From: Carcharhinus amblyrhynchos
Lineage: Eukaryota
Length of the DNA stretch: 64,000 nt
Direction of reading: 5' to 3'
NCBI GenBank assembly: GCA_965287045.1
Contig: OZ336870.1
Location: 154,690,001-154,754,000 of the forward strand
Shown: positions 36,730 to 49,496 of the stretch, one piece after another
Numbering within the stretch: the stretch's first letter is position 1
Layout of the letters: each line of letters opens with the position of its first letter
Notes under the pieces: model-generated
Told to the model about the DNA's origin: nothing
What the model saw: the letters and a program-made list of their open reading frames with translations, nothing else
Database searches by the model: none
Made by a program: the position numbers and the translations under genes

Positions 36730-36910
36730 TTTTTATTCATGCATGGGATGTGGATGTTGCTGGCTCAGCCAGCGTTCGTTGCCCATCATTAATTGCCTTT
36801 CAGAAGGTGGCGGTGAGCGGCTTTCTTCTGCAGTCCATGTAGCGTAGGTACACCCTCAGTGCTGCTAGAGAGGGAATTCTTGGATTTTGACCCGGGGACA
36901 ATAAAGAAAT
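36730..36910 (-). mobile_element. LINE 3' end, same family as 6470-7030
   Basis: TTATTCATGCATGGGATGTGG...CAGAAGGTGGCGGTGAGC...GGTACACCC. Confidence 0.65.
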
Positions 36911-39050
36911 ATTTTTGTGTCTTCCCACTCTCTCCCTTCTTGCTCTCTGTCAAGACTATTTTTCCACTGTATCAGGCCATTTGTGGACAGTAAGAAAATG
37001 CGTGCAAGCTGCATACCTCAAGGTACAAAGTACTTCTCATGTAAAAAGGTGAATGACTTTGTATGAATTTTGCACAGTGTGAAAAATTTGTAACAGGATA
37101 TTGATCAGTGTGACACTTTATTTCATATAAGATACAGGATGTTGGAACAGTGCATTTATAGCTATTGTGTCTATATTACTTCCTACAGTTATAACTCTTC
37201 TAAAGTTGCATTTGTTTCATCATGATAAACAGCTAATTATCTAGTTTATAACTTCCAGTTTGTATTATTTTAGGAGATAGTTGCAGCATGGATTTTATAT
37301 ATTTGCTTTGAGCATTTTTAATATATAGGTTCTCTTTATTTTAGACATTACCTTTACTAAAGCTCTGAAGTCGAAGAAAACCTTTTCAAAATTTCAATAA
37401 CAACTCATATTATTCGTTCTTGAGGGATCACGAATGTTCTAATATTTGATATACTGATGGCATTTCCACAACTGAGCCGCATGTTGTCTTCTGCGAGCAA
37501 GACAAAACTGAGTATGGAATTCTACCATCTCGCCCGCCACGGAATCGGCATGGGCAAGGGTCTGACAAAGGAATCTCCATTGACCTCGTACGGGAATGTC
37601 CGGTCACGCCCGAGCGAGGCTGTAAAATCCAGAGTTCGAGTTTGATTATTCTAAATAACACATTGATACTTGTAGTTTAAGCACTTTACGATTTGCAGCA
37701 TGAATTTGCACCATTTGTTATTAGATTTACATCTTGGAAAAACTCATTGTAACTTCTTGACAGCTGTAAAATCAAAAATGTGTGATTGGCTTTTTACGGA
37801 GGAGCGAGACTCAGATAAATTGCCACTGGTGCATTGGGACACACAAATTGATCAACAGAATTGTTAGAGAGCCTGATAATTTACTGTCAGGCTAATATTT
37901 CTTACTGTACTTTGTTGGGATATGCAGAGAAAGAATTTGTTGCTTTTTGTTAACAACCGTTACAATATGCGTCAGCCTATAAATTTAAATCTAAGACACT
38001 CATGCGAAATGAAGCCAGAGGAAATGTAAGCTAGTTACACAATAAATAAGTTAGAACGTATATCTTATTTGCATAAAATGCTAAGTAGTTCTTCCTTTCA
38101 TTGTGTGGCCCCAGATGGATTCAGTCATTTTAGAGGTGGATTTAATAGAATTCATTAGATTTCCTCCTGCTATGAAAAAAAGTATTTTATCAACATTACC
38201 TGCCAAATCACTTCATTGATTTTATTAAACGTTCAGTGTGAGAAACTATTAAAACTGAACACTTTATTGTTGAGATTTTTCCTATTGTTATCATGACCAA
38301 TTTAACAAAAACATTAAAGTTTACACCCTTGGATTGAGATCAATGGTCCAAGAACATTAGTACAAGGTGTGAGTGCTGAAGTGAGTGACATTTATGCAGG
38401 TTGAACCAGTATGAGGTTGGAGCTTTTATAGGACTCAGCCTCATTTCAGTTTGTAAACTGCTTCATTTTGCTTGAAACCATCAGCGTTGGTGTGAGGACT
38501 GACTGATGGTTGCCAGTAGGATCCAGGGAGCAGCAAGGTAAGTCAGCAAAGTGTTAAAATTCCAACTTCAGGGCTAGGAATGAGGTAGCAAGTCGGAGGT
38601 ACAAAGTGCTAAAATTCAGAGTGCGAAAGGAAGCGTGCTTCAACCGGATGACTTCTGCATGCAATTCCGCTGCATGTGAGAAAACTCCTCAGGAGAGTGG
38701 GATTGCCAATTTACATTTGTGAATACCTCACTAACAGCTATTTTTACAGGGGCTTTCAACTTGTTAACTGTTAATACTCTGGTTTCCAGTGCTTCCTGGA
38801 ACTCGCAACTGAAAGCAAGTTGGGACAGGGAGTGCAGCAGACAGTGCTGATTATAGAAAATCCATGAGCTTTGAGAGTTCACAGCTGTTTCTCCACCTAA
38901 GTGAAAAGATTTTGTTCAAAATATTTGTGCTCAGAGTGTGCAATCTCTATTTTGGATGCCATTTCCACTACCTTCAGAATAGTGATTTTCACCACACTTG
39001 GGGCTTTTGTGTGTCTGATCTCCCTAAGTAATCAGTTAAGATGGTGCACA

Positions 39051-39202
39051 CAGCACTCAGTAATCATGCTGGAGATCCTGGCTGGTGAACACTGAACAGT
39101 ATCTCCAGATTTATCCTTCAGTGAATCTTCACTGAGGGATAAATCTGGAGATGCTGTTCAGTGTTCACCAGCCAGGATCTCCAGCATGATTACTGAGTAC
39201 TG
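39051..39202. repeat. Near-perfect 152-bp palindrome (75-bp arms, 2-nt loop)
   Basis: 39051-39125 versus the reverse complement of 39128-39202 shows 3 mismatches. Confidence 0.97.
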
Positions 39203-39589
39203 GGCTCTGCACAATATAGTGCAGTAGCAAAGTGTGTGTTTTCAGAGGCGGAGGATGACGATGAACACATAATGAGATTGTGACACCAGCAGCATTGCAC
39301 ATTATTGCCTGAGATTTCCTCATAATGACCACTGTCTCCCAAATCTTCAGAGGAGCAACAATCATCACAGTGCTGGAACATTGAGGGAAGACAAACTGTG
39401 GCCTCTTATTGCGGCACTATCTGCCATATCCTGGGAAGTGTTCACTGACACACTGAAAGGCTTTGGGACATTTAAACAGCCTTTCAGTGTGTTAGTGAAC
39501 GAGTGAAAGTGTAGGTGGATGGGATGCATGAGGTAAGCAGCTAGAGTGGCAGGTGGGTAGGTGTTCAGGGAGTATTTGGACCAGGTCAA

Positions 39590-40030
39590 GAAGGGTTGTC
39601 AAGTCAGGTTGGTGGGAGAGTAAATGGGAGCTAGTCATTTTGGATCAGGGGGTGGGAGGAGCGGTGCTGGGCATTGAGGGTGGGTAGATGAGCAGCTGGG
39701 GGCTAGTCAGGTTAGGTTGGAGTGTCTAGGGGGAGTTGGATGGCGGGAGTTCATCAATTTGGGGGGAATTAGAGGGTAGCAGTGCGGCAGAGGCTAGTCA
39801 GGTCAAGTTGGAGCAAAGGGGAGGGTGCTGGGGGCTAATCAGGTGAAGTTAGATTGTGGAGTCAGGAGAGAAGTTGGGTACTAAGTGCTTGTCAGGTCAA
39901 GTAGGGGAGAGGTTCAAGTGGGGATGGGGGGTTCAGGGGGCAAGTTGATGGGCTCAGAAGAAGAGTCAGGGTATCAGGGGAAATCAAGATGTCAGGTGTG
40001 GGGGCAGGCTGGGAGAGTATTCAGGTGTGT
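39590..40030 (+). repeat. Degenerate G-rich minisatellite (GGCTAGTCAGGTNAGTTGGAG-like units)
   Basis: Recurring AGTCAGG / GCTAGTCAGGT units near 39600, 39700, 39793, 39832 and 39890. Confidence 0.55.
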
Positions 40031-40169
40031 AGGTTGTATAATTACCTGGGGGTCAGAGTATTATTTTTCTGTCCAACACTTCCTGTATAACTATTTGAGT
40101 AACTAAGGTGGAATTCTAACTCAGAATTGGAGACTTTTACAGAGGGGATTGCCTATTCGAAGTGCAGAT

Positions 40170-41393
40170 TGTTACAATCCCAGTTGATATTATAACTGGA
40201 CAGGAAGATCCCAGAATGGAACCCTGGCTCAAAAGATCGTAATGTTATACCTTCTTCAGAAAACGTGGAGCAACAGAGTCACAGCACTACTAATTAATTT
40301 TAATAACAAGAAAAGAAAATTAAACATGAAGTTTGATTATGATACAATACTAGTACTTCACTCCCATTTATCTTCACAAATATACACAGATTTTAAGGTT
40401 AATGTGAGATACAAAGTATCTCTTGGGCTATAATGGTCTAATAACGTAAGTCCCTTTAAACAAGCTGGCTGTGACACAAACCACTCTGAACCCAAGTGAA
40501 TTTCTGTGGATTTCTCCTCAAAATCTCCCCAGATCAATCTTCTACCTTAAGGCACCTTGTCTCAATGAACTCTGACTTCCACACGAGTGATTTCAAATTC
40601 TGCTTTCAAAAGAGACACCTTCACATTTTCTTTTCACCAATGCTTTCCCTCAGCTGCTTCCATCAAGAATTCACTTACAAATTTAACACCACTCCCTTCT
40701 TTTGTCTTGAGTGCTACACAAACTCTTCATAATTGCCTTAACCATCAATTCGCAGTATTAAGATGGCACCAAACTTTTGATTTACCTATAAAGTCTGCTT
40801 TCCTATTTAAATCTGGTTACTGCAGCTGTCTCTTTAACTCAGAACACTTTATCTGCTTTTCCTTAGAACTGTCCTGAACAGTACCTTGTTCAGTCCCTTG
40901 GTCTCTGTTCCCTGAACTTCAGTCTTCCAAAAACATTATTTCTGTTCCAATTTCTTGGTTGTCTGGGCTTTATCTGGTTCTTTGGTAAGTCTGCCTTATT
41001 GCAGACTCTTGTCCTGTCCAGTTTTACTTCTGGCAGAGCTAAGAGATGTTTGCTCCCTGCCTTCCTATTTTTAATTGCTACTGAATTTAGTTAAAACACA
41101 ATCACAAAAACCTTCCTAGCCTAATGGTATCCCCAGTTGCTAAACAATGACTTTGTGCTTCTGCCAGTTTATTTGCTTTCCATGTTGTAACCCTGTCTAA
41201 ACAAAACAGAAGCATAGTTTTCTCTGAAACCAAAACTCCCAGAAACTAACATCTTTGCCTAGCATGAACCTAACCATAGGTTTGTTCTTCTCTGGACAGT
41301 GTCACTAAATTAAACCCACTTAAACTATAGCTTATTTCTAATATTTAACAATGCAAATATAAATCCCTTAAAACTATCTCTGTTTTCCTGACA
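40170..41393 (-). mobile_element. Long solo LTR (TGTTA...TGACA)
   Basis: TG...CA inverted termini. The reverse complement of its right end resembles 48160 onward (ATTAGAAATAAGCTATAGTTTAA vs ATTAGGAACAAGGTATAGCTTTAA). Confidence 0.6.
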
Positions 41394-41926
41394 AGGCTTC
41401 CAGGGCAATACCAACAAAATTAGTGCATCGGGGCTCCTGAGAGCTCTGAAGAACATCTTGGAGTATATATATCTGGTCCTAAATGAACAAATAATCATCT
41501 ATTGGCGGATAACATCAAGTCAAGATGAGCAAGTGTCATATGCCATGTGGCTGTTTGACATTTAATTCTGTCACCAGGTATCTGGGAGGCAGCCATTTGC
41601 CTATCTTTGATGGCACATTAAAACTACAGTGCCTCATCTGCAGCTGTCAATATGGAGGTGGTGGGAAGACTACTCTGTCTCTCTTTGGCAATCGATCCTC
41701 CTTTCCCCTGCAAACAGAAACAGAAGAGTACTATGACCGAAAGTGATGGAATATAGTGACTGAATGGATTTGTTGAGGGTACTATGATGGATTGGCATGA
41801 CATTGAATTAAGACAAGGGTGTGTGTCAGTGGTGGATGTCTGATGCGGACTTTGGGAAGGTCTGAGGAGTGATGAGCAGCAATGAGCTCTTGGAAGCACA
41901 GAGTGAGGGTGAGGTAAAAATAACAT

Positions 41927-42800
41927 TAAGAACAAAAGAACTGGGAGCAGGAGTAGGCCATCTGGCCCCTCGAGCCTGCTCTGCATTCAATAACATCATG
42001 GCTCATCTTTTTGTGGACTCAGCTCCACTTACCTGCCCTCTCACCATAACCCTTAATTATTGTTCAAAAACTTATCTATCCTTGCTTTAAAAACATTCAA
42101 CAAGGTCACCCCAACTGCTTCACTGGGCAGAGAAATCCTTCGATTCACAAATCGCTGGGTGAAAAAGTTCCTCCTCAACTCTGTCTTAAATCTGCTCCAC
42201 CTTATTTTGAGGCCATGCCCCCTAGTTCTAGTTTCACCGCCAGTGGATATAACTTCCTTGCTTCTATTTTATCTTTTCTCTTCATAATTTTATATGTCTC
42301 TGTAAGATTCCACTCATTCTTTCAAATTCCAGTGTGTGCAGTCCTAATCAACTCAGTCTCTCCTCATGAGCCAACCCAGTGAATACTCCGCACCCCCTCC
42401 AATGCCAGTACATCCTTTCTCAAGCAAGGAGACCAAAACTGTACACAGTACTCCCTGTGTGGCCTCATCCGCATCTTATACAGCTGCAACATAACTTCAT
42501 TGTTTTTAAACCCCATCCCATTAGCAACAAAGGACAACATTCCATTTGCCTTCTTAATTATCTGCTGCACTTGCAAAACAACATTTTGTGATTCGTGCAC
42601 AAGGACACCCAGGTCCCTCTGCACAGCAGTATGCTGCAATTTTTTACCAAACAAATAGTAGTCTATTTTGCTGTTATTCCTGCCAGAATAGATGACCTCA
42701 CATTTACTCCATCAGCAAGACCCTTGCCCACTCACTTAAACTATCCATATCCAACTGCAGACTTTCAGTGTCCTGTGCACTCTTTGCTCTGCCACATATT
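41927..42800 (-). mobile_element. 5'-truncated CR1
   Basis: QRDLGVLVHESQ, KKANGMLSF, EYCVQFWSP; tail TAAGAACAAAAGAAC on the plus strand. Confidence 0.9.
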
Positions 42801-43989
42801 GGGGTGTAGTTGAATGTGCCATTGTGTCTATTTTTCCTGCCCTGATTAGGTCATTGAACTACTTCCAGCATTGAATTCAGGGATATAGCACTACACTTCT
42901 GCTGCTCAGTGATCTTTCATGATCCCCAGCCATGTCTCTTTGGTCTCTGAGTTAAACTTTTTCCTTCCGTTGACAGGGTCCCCAAAAATTCTTCCGCTAT
43001 CAGTTTTAGAGAGGTGTTTGTGAGCCAAGGCTCAGGGCAGTCACTCTGGGAATTCCTAAGTTCAGATGCTTTCCTTCTTCCCACACCTTCACTATCTTCA
43101 TCTTTCATGAAATGGTTCAGCTGAAATCATGTCATGTGGGTTGCCATCACACCGACTGTCTTCTGGTTTGAAAATGTGGAAGTCCGATCTAAATGCAGCT
43201 GGAAAATTAGAAGAACTACTGACCAACATACTGCAGATACATTGCGCTCACTGCTTACTACTGGTTCCACCATTCCCCAGTGGGTTAACATGTTAAAAAT
43301 CCACTCAAAATATCAGCTAATGAAAAGATGGTGTGAAAGGAAGAGGATGATTCTGTTCCCATTTAAACCACTTCAGGTCTGTGTTTCCAAGGGCTAATTC
43401 CTACACATTCCATTTAATATCAAACAACGTGATCAAGTTCAAACTAATTTAATCAATCATGCATCTGATGAAGAATTTAAACTATACCGTGATGCATTGG
43501 ACTAACGACTTGTTTTTTTGTTCTTCTTTCTTTTCATTATTTATTAGTGGATTTCCATTTTGAAGTTAATAATATGCATCGATTTAATCAAGTTGACATC
43601 TTTAGCTGGCAGAATTATTGCACTCTCTGGAGGGTAGGAAGTTATTACTGAATAATCGGATGAGCTGTCTTTTCTCATGCTTTTATTAAGGAAAATGTCA
43701 ATTCTTCTTGCATTGACAAACCAACATTAAAACTCTGGTCTTAAAAAATAATGAGATGAATTTTTGTGGTTTGTTTCGTCTGCTGGTGCCATCAGGCAAG
43801 TATGCTACAGTTGGGTTATTTTCCTGATTGCTTTTTTCATTTGTAATAGTACTGAATCGCCTCCCACCACTCTATCCATTTCTAGCCCCTATCTAATGCA
43901 AACCATACTGAAGATAGGATCGGAGGGTATTTGGAATTTCATATAGAAAGGCTTTTGCAGCTCAATTTAGGAACAAATTGGAATTTCTG

Positions 43990-45075
43990 AATGGGGTAGA
44001 AGATGGAAGGCTGGCAGGAAGAGCATTGACAAAACTGGATCTAGAGGTGACAAAATGTAGACTGGAGTTTCAGTCGGAGAGTGATTGAGACGGGCAATGT
44101 GATCGAGTTGGAATTGGTATTTCTCCACAATAAATAGGATATGGGATTTGATGCACCTCTCTGGATTGAATAGGCTGAAAATCCAGCAAGATGCTGGAGA
44201 GGCAAATGAATGACTGGCAAAGGAGTAAACTTCATTGGTGTTTCGGGGTACACAATGGCTTTGGTTTTAATGCATCTTTTACCTGACACTGGTCACACAT
44301 TGGACCAACAACTTGTTTATTCTTGGATTTCCGTTTTGAACTTAGTCATAATGTATCAATTTAATCAGGAAGGTCCTCAAACTGTCAAGGGTGGTGATGA
44401 AAAGCTAGTCCTACAGATAATGCCACCAAAGAAAATACAGATGTGGAAGTGAATGAGTCACGGATTGATCCATGAGGCAAAGGAGCTTGAGCAGGAAGTA
44501 AAGCCATTGTTAGTTAGGTTATTGCTGCAGTGGACATGTTGTTATTGTAAACACATGAGGGACGATAATGAATTGTCACATGGTCAACCATACCATTTGT
44601 TGGGAGGATGAAGAGGACAGGTAGGATTACACTAACAAAGGATGTCACAACTTTGACAGGCTACATAGTCTGAGAGAGCTAGAAAGTCAAATAGGTAGCT
44701 TCATGAGAAATAGGTAAGACACCGATGAGTGATTACACATTTGACCATTAGAGAGAAGAGGGAAATTGGAGATGGGATAGTAGCTGTGTGGGTTGAGATT
44801 GAATTTTTGTGAGCGACATGTGATGGGAGCAGAATAATGCCAAAGGAATGGGAATGTTGACATCATTTAATAAAGGGACAGAGAACTTTTTATGTGGGAG
44901 GCTATCAAAGGAGCACAAGATGAGTGACATGCAGCAAATTAACTTGGAGGAGGCAGGTAAGATATGGAAAGAGTGTAAAGTAATGAAGATTGGGACTGTA
45001 ATGAGTGGAAGACTAAAATGGGTCATGGTTTGGAACTTTGGAGCAGAAGTGGACTGGAGAAAAGGAGTAGAGTGA
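43990..45075 (-). mobile_element. Old L2-like LINE remnant (similar pieces at 30770-30960 and 41560-41915)
   Basis: Purine-rich plus strand typical of antisense L2; no intact motif. Confidence 0.35.
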
Positions 45076-45894
45076 ATATTTGCATGGTTTGTCTCCATTC
45101 TGGAATTGAAAAATCTGCATATGCAATTAGAGGTGAAGGATTACCAAGGAGATGTCTGATATGCTTGCAACTTTGATCAGTAGAGTCACTTTTTGATATT
45201 CAATTGCAAAAGCTTAGCGTAATAGTTATTCAGATCGAAAACCTCAGGACTGAAGGATTATATCACATGAATTGAATAAGCATGTATTTCTCTAAGCCAT
45301 TGAGGCAGTACTAAAGCAATATTGAACTTGGGCATCCAGTTATTTTTTGATCCATAAAGAATAGGCAAATGCACCCAACTTTATTGAAAACATTTTTTCA
45401 AAATCCCTTCTGTCAGTACCCACAAAAAATCTATTCTAGAAAAAGAATTCCATTAATTTTCTTATATTTGAGGATTAGAATCCAATTTTATGAACAATAG
45501 GTTGTTTAAATCCTGTCTCTGCCGTTGAGGCATCTTAAACAAATGTCTTAAAAGATATAGTGAAAGAATGCTTTCTTTAAAAAAAAATCACATTGTGTTG
45601 ATTTTTTAAAAAATTCTCTCTGGTTTAAATTTACAATCCTCAGAGGATTACTGGACTGCCATGATGTTTCATAATTCCAACTTAACTATCTATCATGTTC
45701 TTTGGACTGCATTTCTCTTTGAACCTAGATTGTTAGCTTTCTGGGTCGTTAGTCATTTTCTATAACACTAACTCATTTCCATTCTTCTCCAGCTGTCATT
45801 GCTAGCCCATATTGTTGACGGCTTCTTGCACTTATTTCTCTGTAGGGATCTTTTTTCCATTAAGCAATGCTTTTCTGTTCTGTTGTGTTTTCCA

Positions 45895-46455
45895 GGGCCA
45901 GAATTTTACACACCCCGGCCTCCCAACAAGTTCTGAGGTGGTAGCTGGGCTGGGGAGAAGTGTAAAACTGCACAAATAAAATACCCTCCAGGAAGCCTGC
46001 CTATGCTCTACTAAGTCTCTTAAATGCCCACTTACTAGCCACTTAAGGTCCTTCTCTCCCCGCGCACCACCCACACCCTGCCCCCACCACTTCCCCGCCT
46101 TAATTTTTAGGCTGGCAGTCAACGGTTGGATCAAAGTGCCAAATAGAAATGAAGTCTTCACCCATGGTCACAGGCAGGAAGGCCGCCTCAGATTTGGGGC
46201 ACTATCCTCTCAGGGACCTAGGATCTTTAGCCTTCTCTCTCCCCCGATCTCTCAGGACATCTGTTAATCTCCATCCCCAGAATCTCTAGTATTCATCTGA
46301 AGTGTGGTCCTGGGATTTGGGATTAGGCATGGCACTGCAGTGCTTCTTCTGGCCATTGTAGCACTGTGCCTGCAGGGGCTAGTCACTCTGAACTCTATTG
46401 ACCTTGGCAGTACCTGGAAATACCAATGGTGGAAGGAGCCATGAAATTACGCCCC
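45895..46455. mobile_element. MITE-like non-autonomous DNA element
   Basis: Imperfect TIRs GGGCCAGAATTTTA...TGAAATTACGCCCC. Confidence 0.45.
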
Positions 46456-47892
46456 ATATTTTTAACACTGTGTCATCCAGTTAGGAGTTATTTTCACTCC
46501 ATCTCCTGGTACTTCCTCAACAGAATTATCCATCTCTGCGTGAGCTGATAGTTCATAATGTACAGGAATCTGTGCCAAGACTGATCTATTGGTGAATTCT
46601 AAACTTCAACCACATCATATTTTCATTGACTTGCCTGATTTAGACTCAGAGGGCATGGCTGGAATCTAGAATCTCTGCGAATGAAAATCTTGTCTTGCCT
46701 GTACCCCTTTGTCCCCTGTTGAAGAAGTGATACTCAAAATAAAAATAAACTCAGCCTGCTGATGGATTAATTCCTGTTTCTAACTTCTCTGCTGGTGAAG
46801 TGAAAAAAATCAAGTAATTGTTCAGTGTTTTAATCTGTCAGCCCTATTTTAGTACCCATATTACAGAACTTTGTGCTGTGCTGCAAAGTTGTCTTCGCCT
46901 CAAACCTCAGAAAAGCGTGTTCTATTGTACAAATGTAACTATTTTCCAATTCTCATGGTTTTATCCAATGATATAAACAGGAAGTCCTGGAAACAGGCAG
47001 CATTTGTACAGAGAGAGAGAGAGAGAGAGAAGGTTAATGATTTGGAATGCTGAATTTTGTCAAAGCTGTAATGAAAGTTCACCTCTTATCCAGTGGCCTG
47101 TTAGAATGAGGTTGCTATTGAGTACTGAATTAAGGATTGCTGTGTCGGCGGGGGGGGGTGCGGGGGCGGCGGTCGGTGGGCACTGCTATCTTGGAACTGG
47201 ATTGAGACTACACAGGCTAATTTCTGGAGGAATCCTTGCAGCCAGCAGCTGGAACTCTTGCAGGTCTATAGATTCCTGGCCTGGGAGAAAATGGTGAGTG
47301 ATTAAAAAAAATTATGCTTAGAAAACGGGATCTTCTCATAGTTTCAATCCAGTCCAGAGTACAATTTAGTATATTTTGTGAACAAAGACGACTAATTATC
47401 CCACTCCTTAATATTACTGCAAGAGAAAACTGCTGATAATACTCACTAAGCTGGATTATAAGCCTGTGTTTGTAAGAGCCTTTGTGTTTGGGAAACTGTG
47501 TTCCACTTCTTTAGTGGAAAAACACTAAAGCTTTAGTCTCCTGCTGACTATGCTAAACCATCCAACACATCCATTGTACTTGATTTTTATAATTGTTTTT
47601 TTTTTAACTTTATATCAATGTATGATCGAAAATAATACACCTTCTAGTGTATTTGAAACAAATTAATAATTCACTTCTAGTAATCTATCGGATCCTTATT
47701 CGAATGGTGGCTCCCATGAACTCCCTTCTCTCTGGCTGACCATTTATTCAACGTTTCAGCTCAGAATCACAGAATGTTTACAGCACAGAAGGAGGTCATT
47801 TAGCTTACTCACAAATAATGGCTGCATAAGCACAGAGAGCCCTCATTGCCTGTAGAACTGCAACAATAGCTGAGGAGAAGAACTGGAGGAGG

Positions 47893-48153
47893 GGTGGTGG
47901 TTAGCACTGTAGCCTCACAGCATCAGGGACCTGGGTTCGATTCTCGGCTTGGGTCACTGTCATTGCGGAGTCCTCTGGGTTCTCTAGTTTCCTCCCACAG
48001 TCGGTAGGGTAACCTGGTTAGGTGCATTGGCCATAGTAGATTCTCCCTTAGCGCACTTGAACAGGCAGTGGAGTGTGGTGACTGGGGGATTTTCACATAA
48101 TGCCATTGCAGTGTTAATGTTAGCCTACTTGTGACTAATAAGTAAACTTTACT
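47893..48153 (+). mobile_element. V-SINE (second tail type)
   Basis: GTGGTTAGCACTG, GGGTTCGATTCTC, tail ACTTGTGACTAATAAGTAAACTTTA. Confidence 0.88.
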
Positions 48154-48154
48154 T

Positions 48155-48960
48155 CGTATTTGTGGGTATTAGGAACAAGGTATAGCTTTAAATAAGTTTA
48201 ATTGTGCATTTCTGTGTAAGAAAGGATTAAAACTTCAATTAGCCCCGTGATAAACAAAAGTGCCTACATGTATGTGGGTCTTGGTTGCTTTGAAACTGAG
48301 CCTGCATTGTAATTGAAGGATTTATAACGTGAAAGGTAACGAGATTTGAAGGAAAACTAGGTTGTTGTTTATCAACTGTAGGCCACCATAGATTACAATA
48401 GAAGAAATTTTTTAGTGTAGTTTTAAGCTGAACCTGAAGGAGCTGGACAGAGTAAGGTACTGCAGGGAGCAGACTTCCCAAGAGAATGAGAAGAAAGTCC
48501 AGAAATCAAGGCGTCGGGGACAAAAAGAATGTCTCGAGCAGACAGTTAAATTAAAGGAACAAAGCACAAGCAGTTGAACACAGTCCTGTTTAAAAAAATT
48601 CAAGTAAATAGCAGAGAGAGTGCACTGAGTTACAGAGACAGCTTCAAGAATCAGATTGAAAGTCAGCTGGGTGAGAAACCAAACATCCAGGGTAAATCAA
48701 ATGTTTGGTTACATTTTAATGCAGCCTGTGAAGCAGTGCTGTTCTATGGGTATGGCTGGGTACTTGAAAGATTGTGGGGCAGCTTGAAAGCACATGGCAG
48801 TCCAAAGGAGAGAAATACTGAAAGGAAAGAGTGAAATCTTGGAAGTGGATCCTTGGTGAAATCTGGAAGTAGATCCATTTGAGGGAAAGCATTATTTGGG
48901 GGAAGATTATTGATTAGTAATAATTTGTTGGCTTACTTTGAAACATGGAAAGCAAATTAT
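48155..48960 (+). mobile_element. Partial long LTR related to 40170-41393
   Basis: Similarity at its 5' end to the reverse complement of about 41290-41350. Confidence 0.45.
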
Positions 48961-49020
48961 TGGATGCTGACTAGTAATCCTTGATCTGGGATATATTGTA
49001 TCTCAGTACTACAGGGTTTC

Positions 49021-49496
49021 TGTTATACAAAGGTATGAACTGCAGAGGTCTGTCAACTATGTGCCACACTTATGGATGTGATTCCTTTGAAGGTAACATA
49101 ACCAATGTGTGTTAGAGCCAACACCTTAACTCGATAAAAGTAATATACAAAGGCGCTATCAGAAATAGCCTGATACTTAGTCTTACAAAGTTTATGGTGT
49201 TTGAAGGTAACCGGTGATAATATTGGATCTGTTGTAGTGTGCCCAGTGGTAACCAGCTGTAAGGGTTAGCTGACCCAGTAAGCATGTAACCAATGATAGA
49301 ATGATGTAATGATCAGCTGACTCAGTATAACTTAGAACATGTTGGGAATTGTGGTGAGTTCGGAATGGCCCAGGGTGAGGTCTCAAGTTTGGATTAGTGA
49401 AGTCTCTTCATTAAACCTTTTATTTGATTTATAAGTTGGAATAAGTTTTGCTATACCTTTATTGTCTACACTGGAAGAGTTCCTTCTGGATCAACA
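49021..49496 (+). mobile_element. Solo LTR (TGTT...AACA), same family as 20406-20793
   Basis: Shared ATGTAACCAATGATA, TGAC..AGTATAA, GG.ATTGTGG, ATTAAAC and CTGGAT.AACA. Confidence 0.7.

Noticed and set aside
43458-43500. TGCATC-TGATGAAG...GATGCA as a C/D snoRNA or hammerhead
   Set aside because: No box D CTGA, too short, and no GAAA or stem II.
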